Position numbers and translations under genes: made by a program
From: Prochlorococcus sp. AG-670-N10
GTDB lineage: Bacteria; Cyanobacteriota; Cyanobacteriia; PCC-6307; Cyanobiaceae
Direction: 5' to 3'
Assembly: GCA_003209065.1 (NCBI GenBank)
Contig: QCSX01000004.1
Coordinates: 1,328 to 65,327 of the forward strand
Length of the DNA: 64,000 bases
Notes under the pieces: generated by a model
Seen by the model: only the letters and a program-made list of their open reading frames with translations
Database searches by the model: none
What the model was told of the DNA's origin: nothing
Part shown: positions 30,262 through 39,383 of the stretch, piece after piece
How the letters are laid out: every line of letters starts with the position of its first letter
Position numbering within the stretch: the first letter of the stretch is position 1

Positions 30262-31839
30262 TTAATTAAAAAATGGAGTCATTTTCATAAATGTTTTATC
30301 AAGTTCAAAACTTAAAGTTATTATTTTGTGATTAATAGTTGTGGCACCAAGCAGATCGTCACCAAATCCTGAATTAACACCAATAGCCGGGTATGCAGCA
30401 GCTGATATAGATAACCTTAGTTTTGTACCTTTTAGAATCGTAATGTTAGTTGGATGCATGCAGATTTTACAATCACATTTTTCGTCTCTTTGTGAGTTTT
30501 TAACTCTTAAAAATCCAGTTGAAAATTGATTAACAGTTTTATCTTCTTCATTAACTAGAGACAAAGCCAGACATATATCAAAGCTTTTCTTATCACTCTT
30601 TACAGAGGTTTCAAGTACAGGTATTCCTGAAAGTTGAAGATCTTCCTCGAAGGAATTGGTTTGAAAAACACCCACATCTAATCTTTTGTCAAAAATATAT
30701 CTATTAAACAACCCAGGATTTGGCCCTAAGTGTCCTCCGTCGCCTTGACATGGCCTCCAAGGATCATGAACAATTGAAAACCAGCCCGATCCTAATGAAT
30801 TAAAGAGAAGACTCCCATCAATAATTTCGACATTTGCTGTTCCATTACTTTCAAGACCAAACTTGTAATAATGAATCTTCTCCTCTTCAATTAAATCCCA
30901 TTTTTTTAATGAAAGATTCCAAATTTTTTTATGTTTAAAAGAACTTGTTTTATTAACTTTTTTATCTGTTTTGAGGTGGGTATCAAAAAAATTTAACAAA
31001 GTTTTTTGTGATCCCTCCCACCAATTCAGATGCGTAGAATTCCCGATAATTATGTCAGGATTTCCACCTGCTGCCTTTGATTTTTGATAAAGGTCGAATG
31101 CTCCTCCTAGATGAGGATCCCAAAGACCACCAATTATTAACATTGGTTTTTTTAGCCATGATGAAATTAGTTTTATCTCTAGAAAATCTTTATTTTGATT
31201 TAGATTGTTAAGCCATTCAAGTACGAAGTTATTGGGATCATATCTTTTTAAAAGATCTAGTCCTTTTCTTAAATAACTTTTATTTTCTAGGGCTGATATT
31301 ATTTCTTCCCATCCTAAAGAATTATTTTCCCTGCTCATCTTTAAGGCCGCTATTTGTAATCCCCAAACAATATTATTATTCCACCAAAAAGCCCCGCCAT
31401 CTGAACTCCAATGATTTTTAAAATCTATCCCCGTCATTGCGGGCGATAAGCAATCAGGAGGCTTTGAATCTTTTGTCCCTGTAAGTTGAGTTAATCCTTG
31501 ATATGAAAAACCATATAAGCCAAGTTTCCCATTGCATTCTTTTAGAGATCTAACCCATTGGTGCGTCTCTGATGTGTCACTAGGTTCTTGAGAAAACCCT
31601 TTGAATACTCCACCAGATGATCCCTGACCTCTAACATCTTGCACTACTACTATGTATCCCTTTGATGCCCACCATTCAGGATGAGAATAAGTAATTGTTG
31701 AAGCTATTTCTCTTCCATATGGTTGTCTCATTAATAACGCGGGCCAAGAACCTTTATCTTTAGGTGTCCAAATTCTTGATACTAGTTCAACTCCATCATT
31801 TAATCTTAAAGACTTATCAACCCATTTTACTTCCCGCAT
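30262..31839 (-). CDS. CocE/NonD family serine hydrolase
   Basis: DGVEL...W.P, RQPYGR, QDVRGQGSSGG, nucleophile elbow GFSYQG, GGLWD. Confidence 0.88.
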   Translation of the reverse strand: MREVKWVDKSLRLNDGVELVSRIWTPKDKGSWPALLMRQPYGREIASTITYSHPEWWASKGYIVVVQDVRGQGSSGGVFKGFSQEPSDTSETHQWVRSLKECNGKLGLYGFSYQGLTQLTGTKDSKPPDCLSPAMTGIDFKNHWSSDGGAFWWNNNIVWGLQIAALKMSRENNSLGWEEIISALENKSYLRKGLDLLKRYDPNNFVLEWLNNLNQNKDFLEIKLISSWLKKPMLIIGGLWDPHLGGAFDLYQKSKAAGGNPDIIIGNSTHLNWWEGSQKTLLNFFDTHLKTDKKVNKTSSFKHKKIWNLSLKKWDLIEEEKIHYYKFGLESNGTANVEIIDGSLLFNSLGSGWFSIVHDPWRPCQGDGGHLGPNPGLFNRYIFDKRLDVGVFQTNSFEEDLQLSGIPVLETSVKSDKKSFDICLALSLVNEEDKTVNQFSTGFLRVKNSQRDEKCDCKICMHPTNITILKGTKLRLSISAAAYPAIGVNSGFGDDLLGATTINHKIITLSFELDKTFMKMTPFFN

Positions 31840-31847
31840 TTAAGTTT

Positions 31848-32114
31848 TTATATAACCTGAGGACAATGAAGACCAATTACATAAATAGATAGAATTTCAG
31901 CATTAATTGGATTTAGGTTGTTTTTTTTGGAAACATATTCTATAGCTTTATCTGAACTGGCTGAGATACCTTTTGAGTTTAATTCTTTAAATTTATTACA
32001 CATTTTAATAGCATCAGCAGGATTTTTTTTGACGCTTTCCAAAAGAGTTGATTGACTTAAAACCGGATTTATAAATCCTAATGAAAGAAATAAGAATAAA
32101 AAAAATTTAGTCAT
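31848..32114 (-). CDS. Small secreted hypothetical protein
   Basis: 88 aa with an N-terminal signal-like segment and two Cys (MCNKF...GLHCP). Confidence 0.7.
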   Translation of the reverse strand: MTKFFLFLFLSLGFINPVLSQSTLLESVKKNPADAIKMCNKFKELNSKGISASSDKAIEYVSKKNNLNPINAEILSIYVIGLHCPQVI

Positions 32115-32168
32115 TTATTTATTATCATTTTTAAAATTCTACATTAAAAAAGTATTTTAACCACGATT

Positions 32169-32576
32169 TTAAATGGATTTACAGATTTGATTAGCTTTCT
32201 TTATCCAATCTTTCAAAGAGGATAAAGTTATATTTGTTTGAGTTTTAGTTCTAAGACTTCTCTCAAGTCTTCCAATTCTCTCTTTAAGATCATATGGGTT
32301 TAAGATCGAAAGGGATTTTATTGACCCTATTCCGCAATGCAATAACAAATAAGATTCATATGGAGTTATTGAAAGATCATTTTTAAAATTAGCAATTGCT
32401 CTGATTTTTCTTAAATTATTTAAAGTACACAGTGAGTATGAGTTTTGTATATTATTCAATTCAGAATCACTAAGCTGACTTAATTTTTTAAAATCTGTTA
32501 GTTTATTATTAATTAAAAATGATTTTTCATGTCTGAAGTTTTCAGGTAAAACTTCTAAAAAATTTTCTTCTATCAT
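32169..32576 (-). CDS. DUF4332-like protein
   Basis: 135 aa; LP..F..E...L, YLLLHCGIGSI..L, WI..A pattern; co-oriented with ycf51. Confidence 0.65.
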   Translation of the reverse strand: MIEENFLEVLPENFRHEKSFLINNKLTDFKKLSQLSDSELNNIQNSYSLCTLNNLRKIRAIANFKNDLSITPYESYLLLHCGIGSIKSLSILNPYDLKERIGRLERSLRTKTQTNITLSSLKDWIKKANQICKSI

Positions 32577-32584
32577 TTATCCCA

Positions 32585-33028
32585 CTAATTCATTGCAAAG
32601 CTTTTTTCTGTTTCTCCAATAATTACAGGTTTACTAACGTTATCAGAGATCTTTTCAAGTTTCCTAATTATAATTTTTACTTTTGACCCTGATCTACTTC
32701 CTCTTTTTAGATTTTCTGATAATTGTTTTAAAGTCGGATCAATTGCTTCTTCTGGGAATTCATTATCAGCTTTTGTAACAATTAAATCAAAACCATTATC
32801 ATAAACAATTGGAACATATTTAGCTCCATCTATTTTTAAATTTTCTGTATAGCTTTGTATAAAAGCCCAACTGCTAAAAGAGAGTAATAATGAAAATATA
32901 GCCGCCCCTGTAATTCTAAATTTAAAACCAAAATTAAAAACAAATGCAATCAAAGTACCAAGAAAGAGAACTATTCCTAAAACTCCAAATATCTTAGGGG
33001 TATTTTCTAATAGTTCAAAAAAAGACAT
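32585..33028 (-). CDS. Ycf51/DUF2518 family protein
   Basis: Two TM helices, FRITG...F.LLL, GA....VYDNG, TLKQL..NL. Confidence 0.8.
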   Translation of the reverse strand: MSFFELLENTPKIFGVLGIVLFLGTLIAFVFNFGFKFRITGAAIFSLLLSFSSWAFIQSYTENLKIDGAKYVPIVYDNGFDLIVTKADNEFPEEAIDPTLKQLSENLKRGSRSGSKVKIIIRKLEKISDNVSKPVIIGETEKSFAMN

Positions 33029-33091
33029 TTACTAGCTTTGACCTCATTAATTTCTTATATTTTGTAAGCCTACTCTATTTGGGATTCTAAC

Positions 33092-36000
33092 TTGAAAAGA
33101 ATTAGATCTCTAAATTTTAATAAAAAACTTTTATTCTTAGGAACTTTTTTGTCAATAAGTTTTTTAGCGACCTTGTTTTTAAATAAATTTCTTGAAGATT
33201 TCTATAAAACCAGAAAAATAGGACTAGAAAATAAGATAGAGAAATTTTTAAATAAAGAAGTAGATTTGGGTGATTATTCAGGTATCAGATTTCTTGGAAT
33301 TTCCTTAAATAACTCAAGAATAATTGATAATAGGAATTTAAATTCTGAAATTTTAGCGAAGAAAATTTATATAGGAATTATGCCAATTAGATCATTTCTA
33401 AATCAAAAGTGGATTTTAAAGGTAACTCCTAAAAAGACTAAAATTGATATTAATAAAGATTTTTTCAAAAAAAGAGAAATTTATAAAAACGAAAAAACAA
33501 CTATTAAAAATAAAGTTAAATATGATCTGAATTTCTATTTAAAAGAATCTGTAAATTTTAAATTTAAGGATCTTGGAATAGAAACTAAATTAAAAGGAAA
33601 ATTAATATATAAATCAAAATCTAATCAGGTTATTGGAAATATTAATTCATTTTCTGGCGGTAAAGATAATTTAAAATTAAAACTAAATACTAAATTAAAT
33701 AAAGACTTTTTGAATCTGGAGATATTTTCTAATGGTTTAAGTTTGAAGGGTTCTGAGTATAGTATTGGCGAAAGGAAATTTTCTTTTAAAGGGGGAAAAT
33801 TAAAATCTAATTTTAAATTCTATAGATCCTCTAAAAAGACTTTTTGTAAAGGTAAGCTTTATTTGCAAAACTTAAATTTAAAAACTACTAATTTAGAAGA
33901 GGATATAACTAGTGATTCGATTAGGTTTTTATGCAAAGGCAATAATATTATCGCCGATACAAAAAATCTTAATTACGGTACTTTAATCTCAGACTTTAAT
34001 CTAAATGTTCCTTTAAATAAAAATATTAGTACTATAAAGTTAAAAGGGAATGTAGGATATTTAGATAGTCTAAATCCTGAAATACAATTATCAGGAGACA
34101 TGCCGTATTGGTTTGATAAAAGGGGTATAAATTTTGGAAATTTAAATTCAAGTTTTATTCTTAACAGAACGCAATTATCTAATTTAAATATTTTCCGCAA
34201 AAATAGTATCAGAGGTTTTCTTACTGCAAAAGGCGTATTAAAAGGTGATATAACCAAACCGGATATTCAAATAAATTTTAATGTTGATTATCCTCATTAC
34301 AAAGGTATAAGAATAAGAGAGATATTTGAGGGTGAAATCAAAAATCAAGATAATAAATATGTCGTAAATATGAAGAATAGATATTCACGCGTCCCTTCTT
34401 TCCTTACCTTAAATTTTGATTCAAAGATTAAGCTAGAGGATATAACATTTAGTAGAATTTTAAATTCTAATAAAGGTAGTTTAAATTTAGTTAAAGATTT
34501 TAATAAGTATCGTTGGAATGCAAATAATTTCCCTCTAGATGAGCTTGAGTTGGCGATTGGTAATAATGAATTCGATAGAATTAGGGGAATAGTTAATGGC
34601 TCAGGTTTTATAGCTCGAGATCAAACCTATGCTGAGGGTCGTTTAGCTTTGAGTTTGGGCAAATATAGGAATATAAAATTTGCTAATTCTTTATTTGATT
34701 TTACTTTTGATGAAAAAGCTTTTTATATTAATTCATCATTGTATCCAATTGATGGTGGAATGATTGATCTTGAGTATGAATCTAATAAAGATAATAATTT
34801 AAATATAAATTTTAATAATATTAGTACTAGTTGGTCATTACAAACAGCAGTAGATATTTTAAATATTGAAAACAAAAAAATTATTCCTAATAGTAAATCT
34901 AGTGCATTAGATGATATAGAAATAACAAATACTGATAACTCATTTAATCAAAATATCCTTTTTATAAATAATTTTCTAAATGATAAAACTATTTTAGAAG
35001 ATAAATTAAATATAAAAAGATATTTAAATAAATTTGAAAGTAGATATGATGCAAATATAAAGATAGAAGGTAATAACTCCTCTAATTTTAAATTAAAAAC
35101 TAAATTGAATGGATATCTTGATGTTAAAAGCGATATTATAAAAAGTTCTAAAGAAGAGTTTTCTCTTGATTTGGAAGGTGGAATTTTTACAGGAAAAGGT
35201 TCTTTAAAAATAAATAAATTACCTTTAAAGGTTATAAATATCTTTTTAGATAAACCTAGAGATTTTGATGGAAATTTAGATATTAAATTATTATATGATA
35301 TTGATACAAAATCCTTTGCAACTAATATTTCTTCAAATAATGCCTCCATAAACAGTAGTCCAATCATATTTGATAATGGTGTTGTTCAGTTTAGTGATTC
35401 AGTTTTTGATTTGGATTTATCTTTTTTATTGAATAATTCAAATACTCCAATAAATATTTCAGGTTTTATTCCAATTAATAGAGAGAAAAAATTAGAATTA
35501 AGATTAAATGGCAATGGAAAGTTTATTGATTTAATTGATATCTTTGCTGATGACTATTTCACCTTTATTAAAGGTGATGTGAATCTAAGAATGATAATAA
35601 AAGGAACTATTAATAAACCTATTGCGAATGGTTTTGTAGTCATCAAGGATTCTGAAATTGATATTTATAGCAATATCATACAAAATATCAATAGCACAAT
35701 AATTTTCGATTTTGATCATATAGAAATTCAAAGCTTTAAGGCTTCAGATGAAGCTTCTGGTAATATTTTTATTAAGGGGAGTTTACCTTTTTATAAAAAA
35801 AGTGATTCTAATCAGAAAGGTATTAGTTTAATAGCAAATAAATTTAATATTAAATCCAATAATATTAAATTTCTAGTTGACTCTAAAATTAGCATTAGTA
35901 GATCATTCTCAGATCCCATGTTTGGTGGTAATTTAGCACTAAATAATGGGTTTGTTAATTTTAATAATGCCAATAAAAAAAATATTAAAAAAAATAATGT

Positions 36001-37039
36001 TAAAGAAAAAAATGCTAAAAAGAATTGGCCAGAACTCTATTGGGAAAAAGATAATAAAATCGAAATAATTTCAAATGAGAGCATATTAAATTCCTTTTTA
36101 TTGGGGGAAAATGCTCCAGATTATCTTGAAAATTTTAATTTTAAGAACTTTAAATTAAAACTTGGTCCAGATTTCAGAATTCAATATTCAGAAATAGTTA
36201 AAGCTTATCTAGATACCAAGTTAGATTTGAATTTTAATGGCAATGTAGGAAAAGATTTAAATGCAAGAGGTCTTATTAATTTAAGTAAAGGTACTGCAAA
36301 CTTATATACGACGCCATTTAAATTAGATAAAAATAAAGAAAATTATATTTTATTTGCATCAAGAAGCGGTATTGTTCCTTTTATTAACTTTTCGCTCACT
36401 AGTAAAGTTCCAGATTTAATAATACCAATAAGTGAAAATAATCAAGATCTTAATATTTCAAGTGGTCTAGATGCTAATGCTAGTTCAAGTGGTTTTGGAG
36501 CAGTTGGAATCGGTAATACAAGGCTTATAAAAATAGAGGCATCATATGAAGGATTCCTAGATCAATTATCCTTTGAAGATGAAAATAAAAAAATACAATT
36601 AAGAAGTACTCCAAGTTATAACAGGTCTCAAATTATTGGTTTAATTGGTGGGAATTCTGCAAATTTAATAAATAGAGCATTTATTTCTCAAATAAATAGT
36701 TCAGGTGGATTTAGTGAGAGATTTCAATTGTCTTTATACCCTGCCTTAATAGAAAATAATGAACCAATAAATAATGTTTTTTCTAATGAAAATCTTGAAG
36801 TAGATGATAATGAGGAATCATCTTCAAGTACTGGGTTGTCTTCTCAAGCTTGGATTGCTGAAATAGGTCTTGATATTACAGATACAGTAAATTTTGCGGT
36901 TCAGGCAACTCCAGATAGGGAAGATTTACCACCCTTAGGTATAATAACTTTACAAGCCAATCCAAATCTAGAATTATTAGGTTCTATTGATTCTGAAGGA
37001 GAGTGGAAGAGTCAAGTTCAATTATTTTTCAGATATTAA
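33092..37039 (+). CDS. TamB/AsmA-like (DUF490) large periplasmic bridge protein
   Basis: 1315 aa, TTG start, single N-terminal TM helix, beta-rich body; C-terminal L.L.GP..., G.INL..G..NLYTT.F, LRSTP...SQI..LIGGN, final FFRY typical of TamB. Confidence 0.75.
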   Translation: MKRIRSLNFNKKLLFLGTFLSISFLATLFLNKFLEDFYKTRKIGLENKIEKFLNKEVDLGDYSGIRFLGISLNNSRIIDNRNLNSEILAKKIYIGIMPIRSFLNQKWILKVTPKKTKIDINKDFFKKREIYKNEKTTIKNKVKYDLNFYLKESVNFKFKDLGIETKLKGKLIYKSKSNQVIGNINSFSGGKDNLKLKLNTKLNKDFLNLEIFSNGLSLKGSEYSIGERKFSFKGGKLKSNFKFYRSSKKTFCKGKLYLQNLNLKTTNLEEDITSDSIRFLCKGNNIIADTKNLNYGTLISDFNLNVPLNKNISTIKLKGNVGYLDSLNPEIQLSGDMPYWFDKRGINFGNLNSSFILNRTQLSNLNIFRKNSIRGFLTAKGVLKGDITKPDIQINFNVDYPHYKGIRIREIFEGEIKNQDNKYVVNMKNRYSRVPSFLTLNFDSKIKLEDITFSRILNSNKGSLNLVKDFNKYRWNANNFPLDELELAIGNNEFDRIRGIVNGSGFIARDQTYAEGRLALSLGKYRNIKFANSLFDFTFDEKAFYINSSLYPIDGGMIDLEYESNKDNNLNINFNNISTSWSLQTAVDILNIENKKIIPNSKSSALDDIEITNTDNSFNQNILFINNFLNDKTILEDKLNIKRYLNKFESRYDANIKIEGNNSSNFKLKTKLNGYLDVKSDIIKSSKEEFSLDLEGGIFTGKGSLKINKLPLKVINIFLDKPRDFDGNLDIKLLYDIDTKSFATNISSNNASINSSPIIFDNGVVQFSDSVFDLDLSFLLNNSNTPINISGFIPINREKKLELRLNGNGKFIDLIDIFADDYFTFIKGDVNLRMIIKGTINKPIANGFVVIKDSEIDIYSNIIQNINSTIIFDFDHIEIQSFKASDEASGNIFIKGSLPFYKKSDSNQKGISLIANKFNIKSNNIKFLVDSKISISRSFSDPMFGGNLALNNGFVNFNNANKKNIKKNNVKEKNAKKNWPELYWEKDNKIEIISNESILNSFLLGENAPDYLENFNFKNFKLKLGPDFRIQYSEIVKAYLDTKLDLNFNGNVGKDLNARGLINLSKGTANLYTTPFKLDKNKENYILFASRSGIVPFINFSLTSKVPDLIIPISENNQDLNISSGLDANASSSGFGAVGIGNTRLIKIEASYEGFLDQLSFEDENKKIQLRSTPSYNRSQIIGLIGGNSANLINRAFISQINSSGGFSERFQLSLYPALIENNEPINNVFSNENLEVDDNEESSSSTGLSSQAWIAEIGLDITDTVNFAVQATPDREDLPPLGIITLQANPNLELLGSIDSEGEWKSQVQLFFRY

Positions 37040-37101
37040 TTCTTAAAAAAATATTTTAGGAATGCTTATTTTAATTATTATTAAGTGAATTAAATGAAAT
37101 T

Positions 37102-38412
37102 ATGACTGACATATATGAAGTGCCAACTCCTGATAATGAACTTGTAGAAAAAGCAAAGCAACTTCGTCTGGCTTCAATTAAAACAAGTCAAACAAATAAT
37201 GATGACCGAATTAGAGCTTTGAACTTAATGGCTGATTCTTTAGAAAAAAACTCTAAAGAAATAATTGAGACTAATATTGAAGATTATAAAAAAGCAGAAA
37301 ATAAAGGAATTTCAAAGTCTTTACTTTCAAGATTAAAGCTATCAAAAGAAAAACTTAATTTAGGAATAGAAGGGGTAAGACAAGTTAGTAATTTGATTGA
37401 TCCAGTTGGTCAAATTCAAATAAAAAGGGAACTTTCTAAAGGTTTAATCCTTGAAAGAAAAACAGTTCCAATAGGAGTATTAGGAGTGATTTTTGAATCG
37501 AGGCCTGATGCTGTAATGCAAATAAGTTCTTTGGCTATTAGATCTGGGAATGGAGTTATGCTTAAAGGTGGAAGTGAAGCAAACTTAACTAATCTTGCAA
37601 TAGTTTCTGCACTAAAGAAGGGTTTGCAAGATTCAAATCTTGATGAAAACTCAATCTGTCTTTTAACAAGTAGAAAAGATAGTATGGCAATGTTGAATTT
37701 AGAAAAATATATAAACTTAATTATTCCAAGAGGAAGCAATGAACTCGTTAAATTTATACAGGAGAATACAGAAATTCCTGTCTTAGGTCATGCTGATGGA
37801 ATTTGTCATTTATATATAGATAATGATGTAAATCTAGATATAGCTCTAAAAGTTGCATTAGATAGTAAGATCCAATATCCAGCTGCATGTAATGCTGTTG
37901 AGACTCTTTTAATACATAAAGATACTGCCTCTGAATTTTTGAATAAGGCGATTCCAATTTTTAACTCAAATAATGTTAAATTGATTGGAGATAAAAAATC
38001 TGTTCAACTGGGTGTTGCTTTTGAAGCTAATTATGAGGACTGGCAAACTGAATATTTAGATCTTATTCTTTCTATAAAAATTGTTGATGATTTAGAAGAA
38101 GCAATTGCTCATATACAAAAATTTAGTTCAAAACACACAGATGGAATAATTACTGAAAATATCAGTAATGCTAATAAATTCATGAGCGAGGTAGATAGTT
38201 CAGGCGTTTTTCATAATTGCTCAACAAGATTCGCAGATGGTTTTAGATATGGCTTTGGAGCGGAAGTTGGGATATCTACACAGACTTTGCCACCAAGAGG
38301 TCCAGTAGGACTGGAGGGGCTAGTAACTTATAAGTATTTTTTAAGAGGTGAAGGTCATATTGTTGATGATTTTTCATCTGGAAAATTAATTTATTCACAT
38401 AAAGATGTTTAA
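37102..38412 (+). CDS. proA: Gamma-glutamyl phosphate reductase
   Basis: VPIGVLGVIFESRP, LKGGSEA, IPRG, YPAACNAVETLL, STRFADGFRYGFGAEVGIST...RGPVGL. Confidence 0.97.
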   Translation: MTDIYEVPTPDNELVEKAKQLRLASIKTSQTNNDDRIRALNLMADSLEKNSKEIIETNIEDYKKAENKGISKSLLSRLKLSKEKLNLGIEGVRQVSNLIDPVGQIQIKRELSKGLILERKTVPIGVLGVIFESRPDAVMQISSLAIRSGNGVMLKGGSEANLTNLAIVSALKKGLQDSNLDENSICLLTSRKDSMAMLNLEKYINLIIPRGSNELVKFIQENTEIPVLGHADGICHLYIDNDVNLDIALKVALDSKIQYPAACNAVETLLIHKDTASEFLNKAIPIFNSNNVKLIGDKKSVQLGVAFEANYEDWQTEYLDLILSIKIVDDLEEAIAHIQKFSSKHTDGIITENISNANKFMSEVDSSGVFHNCSTRFADGFRYGFGAEVGISTQTLPPRGPVGLEGLVTYKYFLRGEGHIVDDFSSGKLIYSHKDV

Positions 38413-38421
38413 ATCTTAAAA

Positions 38422-38784
38422 ATGGAAACATATTTAAAAATTAAGGATATTAAACTTTGGGCAAGAGTTGGTGTTCTAGAAGAAGAAAGGGAATTAGGCC
38501 AACTCTTTAGTTTAGATGTATTTTTATGGGCTGATTTTGACAATTGTACTCAAAATGATGATATTAAAAGTACCGTTGACTATTCGAAATTAGTTGAAAT
38601 ATTAAAATATCAATCCAAGAAAATATATTGCTTTACTATTGAGAAATATTCAAATGAGATTTTAAAAATTATTGATGAAGAGTTTCAACTTAACCGAATA
38701 AAAATTATACTAACAAAATGCAAACCTCCAATTATTGGCTTTGGTGGAGAGGTTTCAATAGTAAGAGTTTTTGAAAATAATTAA
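38422..38784 (+). CDS. folB: Dihydroneopterin aldolase
   Basis: VGVL.EER.LGQ.F.LD, DDI..TVDY, TIE, L.K..PPI. Confidence 0.9.
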   Translation: METYLKIKDIKLWARVGVLEEERELGQLFSLDVFLWADFDNCTQNDDIKSTVDYSKLVEILKYQSKKIYCFTIEKYSNEILKIIDEEFQLNRIKIILTKCKPPIIGFGGEVSIVRVFENN

Positions 38785-38789
38785 CGGTT

Positions 38790-39383
38790 TTGTCAAAGGA
38801 AAATCCCATAATATTAATTCATGGTCTCTGGAATACAGCAGATATCTTCTCTTCGATAACTTCAAAACTTGATGAAATTGGAATTGAATATTTTGCTCCA
38901 ACATTAAATCACGAATATGGAATGACATCTATTGTTGAATTAACTAATTTATTAAATCATTTAATTTTAGAAAAATATGGTTATAAAAAAAAGCTTGATA
39001 TTATAGGATTTTCGATGGGTGGAATAATTGGTAGATATTGGATTAAAAAATTGAATGGTTATAAAAGAACTCGAAGATTCATAACTATTGGATCGCCACA
39101 TAACGGAACTCTTGCATCCCAATTAATTCCTAAATATCCCTTTAAAGGAATATCTGAGATGAAAATAAATAGTCATTTATTAAGAGAACTTTCTAAATCC
39201 GATTATCTTCTTAGTGGAATCAATTGTATTAGTTTTTTTACTTATTGGGATCTTATGGTTTTCCCTGGATGGAGAGCTTGTTTGAATTCGGGTGAGAAAA
39301 TATCATTAAAGATCTATAAACATAAAAATTTGGTAAGAAATCCAGATGCTGTTAATAAAATTATCGACAGACTTCTTAATTAA
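38790..39383 (+). CDS. Lipase/esterase, alpha/beta hydrolase
   Basis: IILIHGL, GFSMGG nucleophile elbow, GSPHNGT, D.MVFP, H. Confidence 0.88.
   Translation: MSKENPIILIHGLWNTADIFSSITSKLDEIGIEYFAPTLNHEYGMTSIVELTNLLNHLILEKYGYKKKLDIIGFSMGGIIGRYWIKKLNGYKRTRRFITIGSPHNGTLASQLIPKYPFKGISEMKINSHLLRELSKSDYLLSGINCISFFTYWDLMVFPGWRACLNSGEKISLKIYKHKNLVRNPDAVNKIIDRLLN

Noticed and set aside
37040..37062. Weak hairpin TTCTTAAAA...TTTTAGGAA after the TamB-like gene
   Set aside because: Almost entirely A-T pairs with no clear U-tract; not distinguishable from background.
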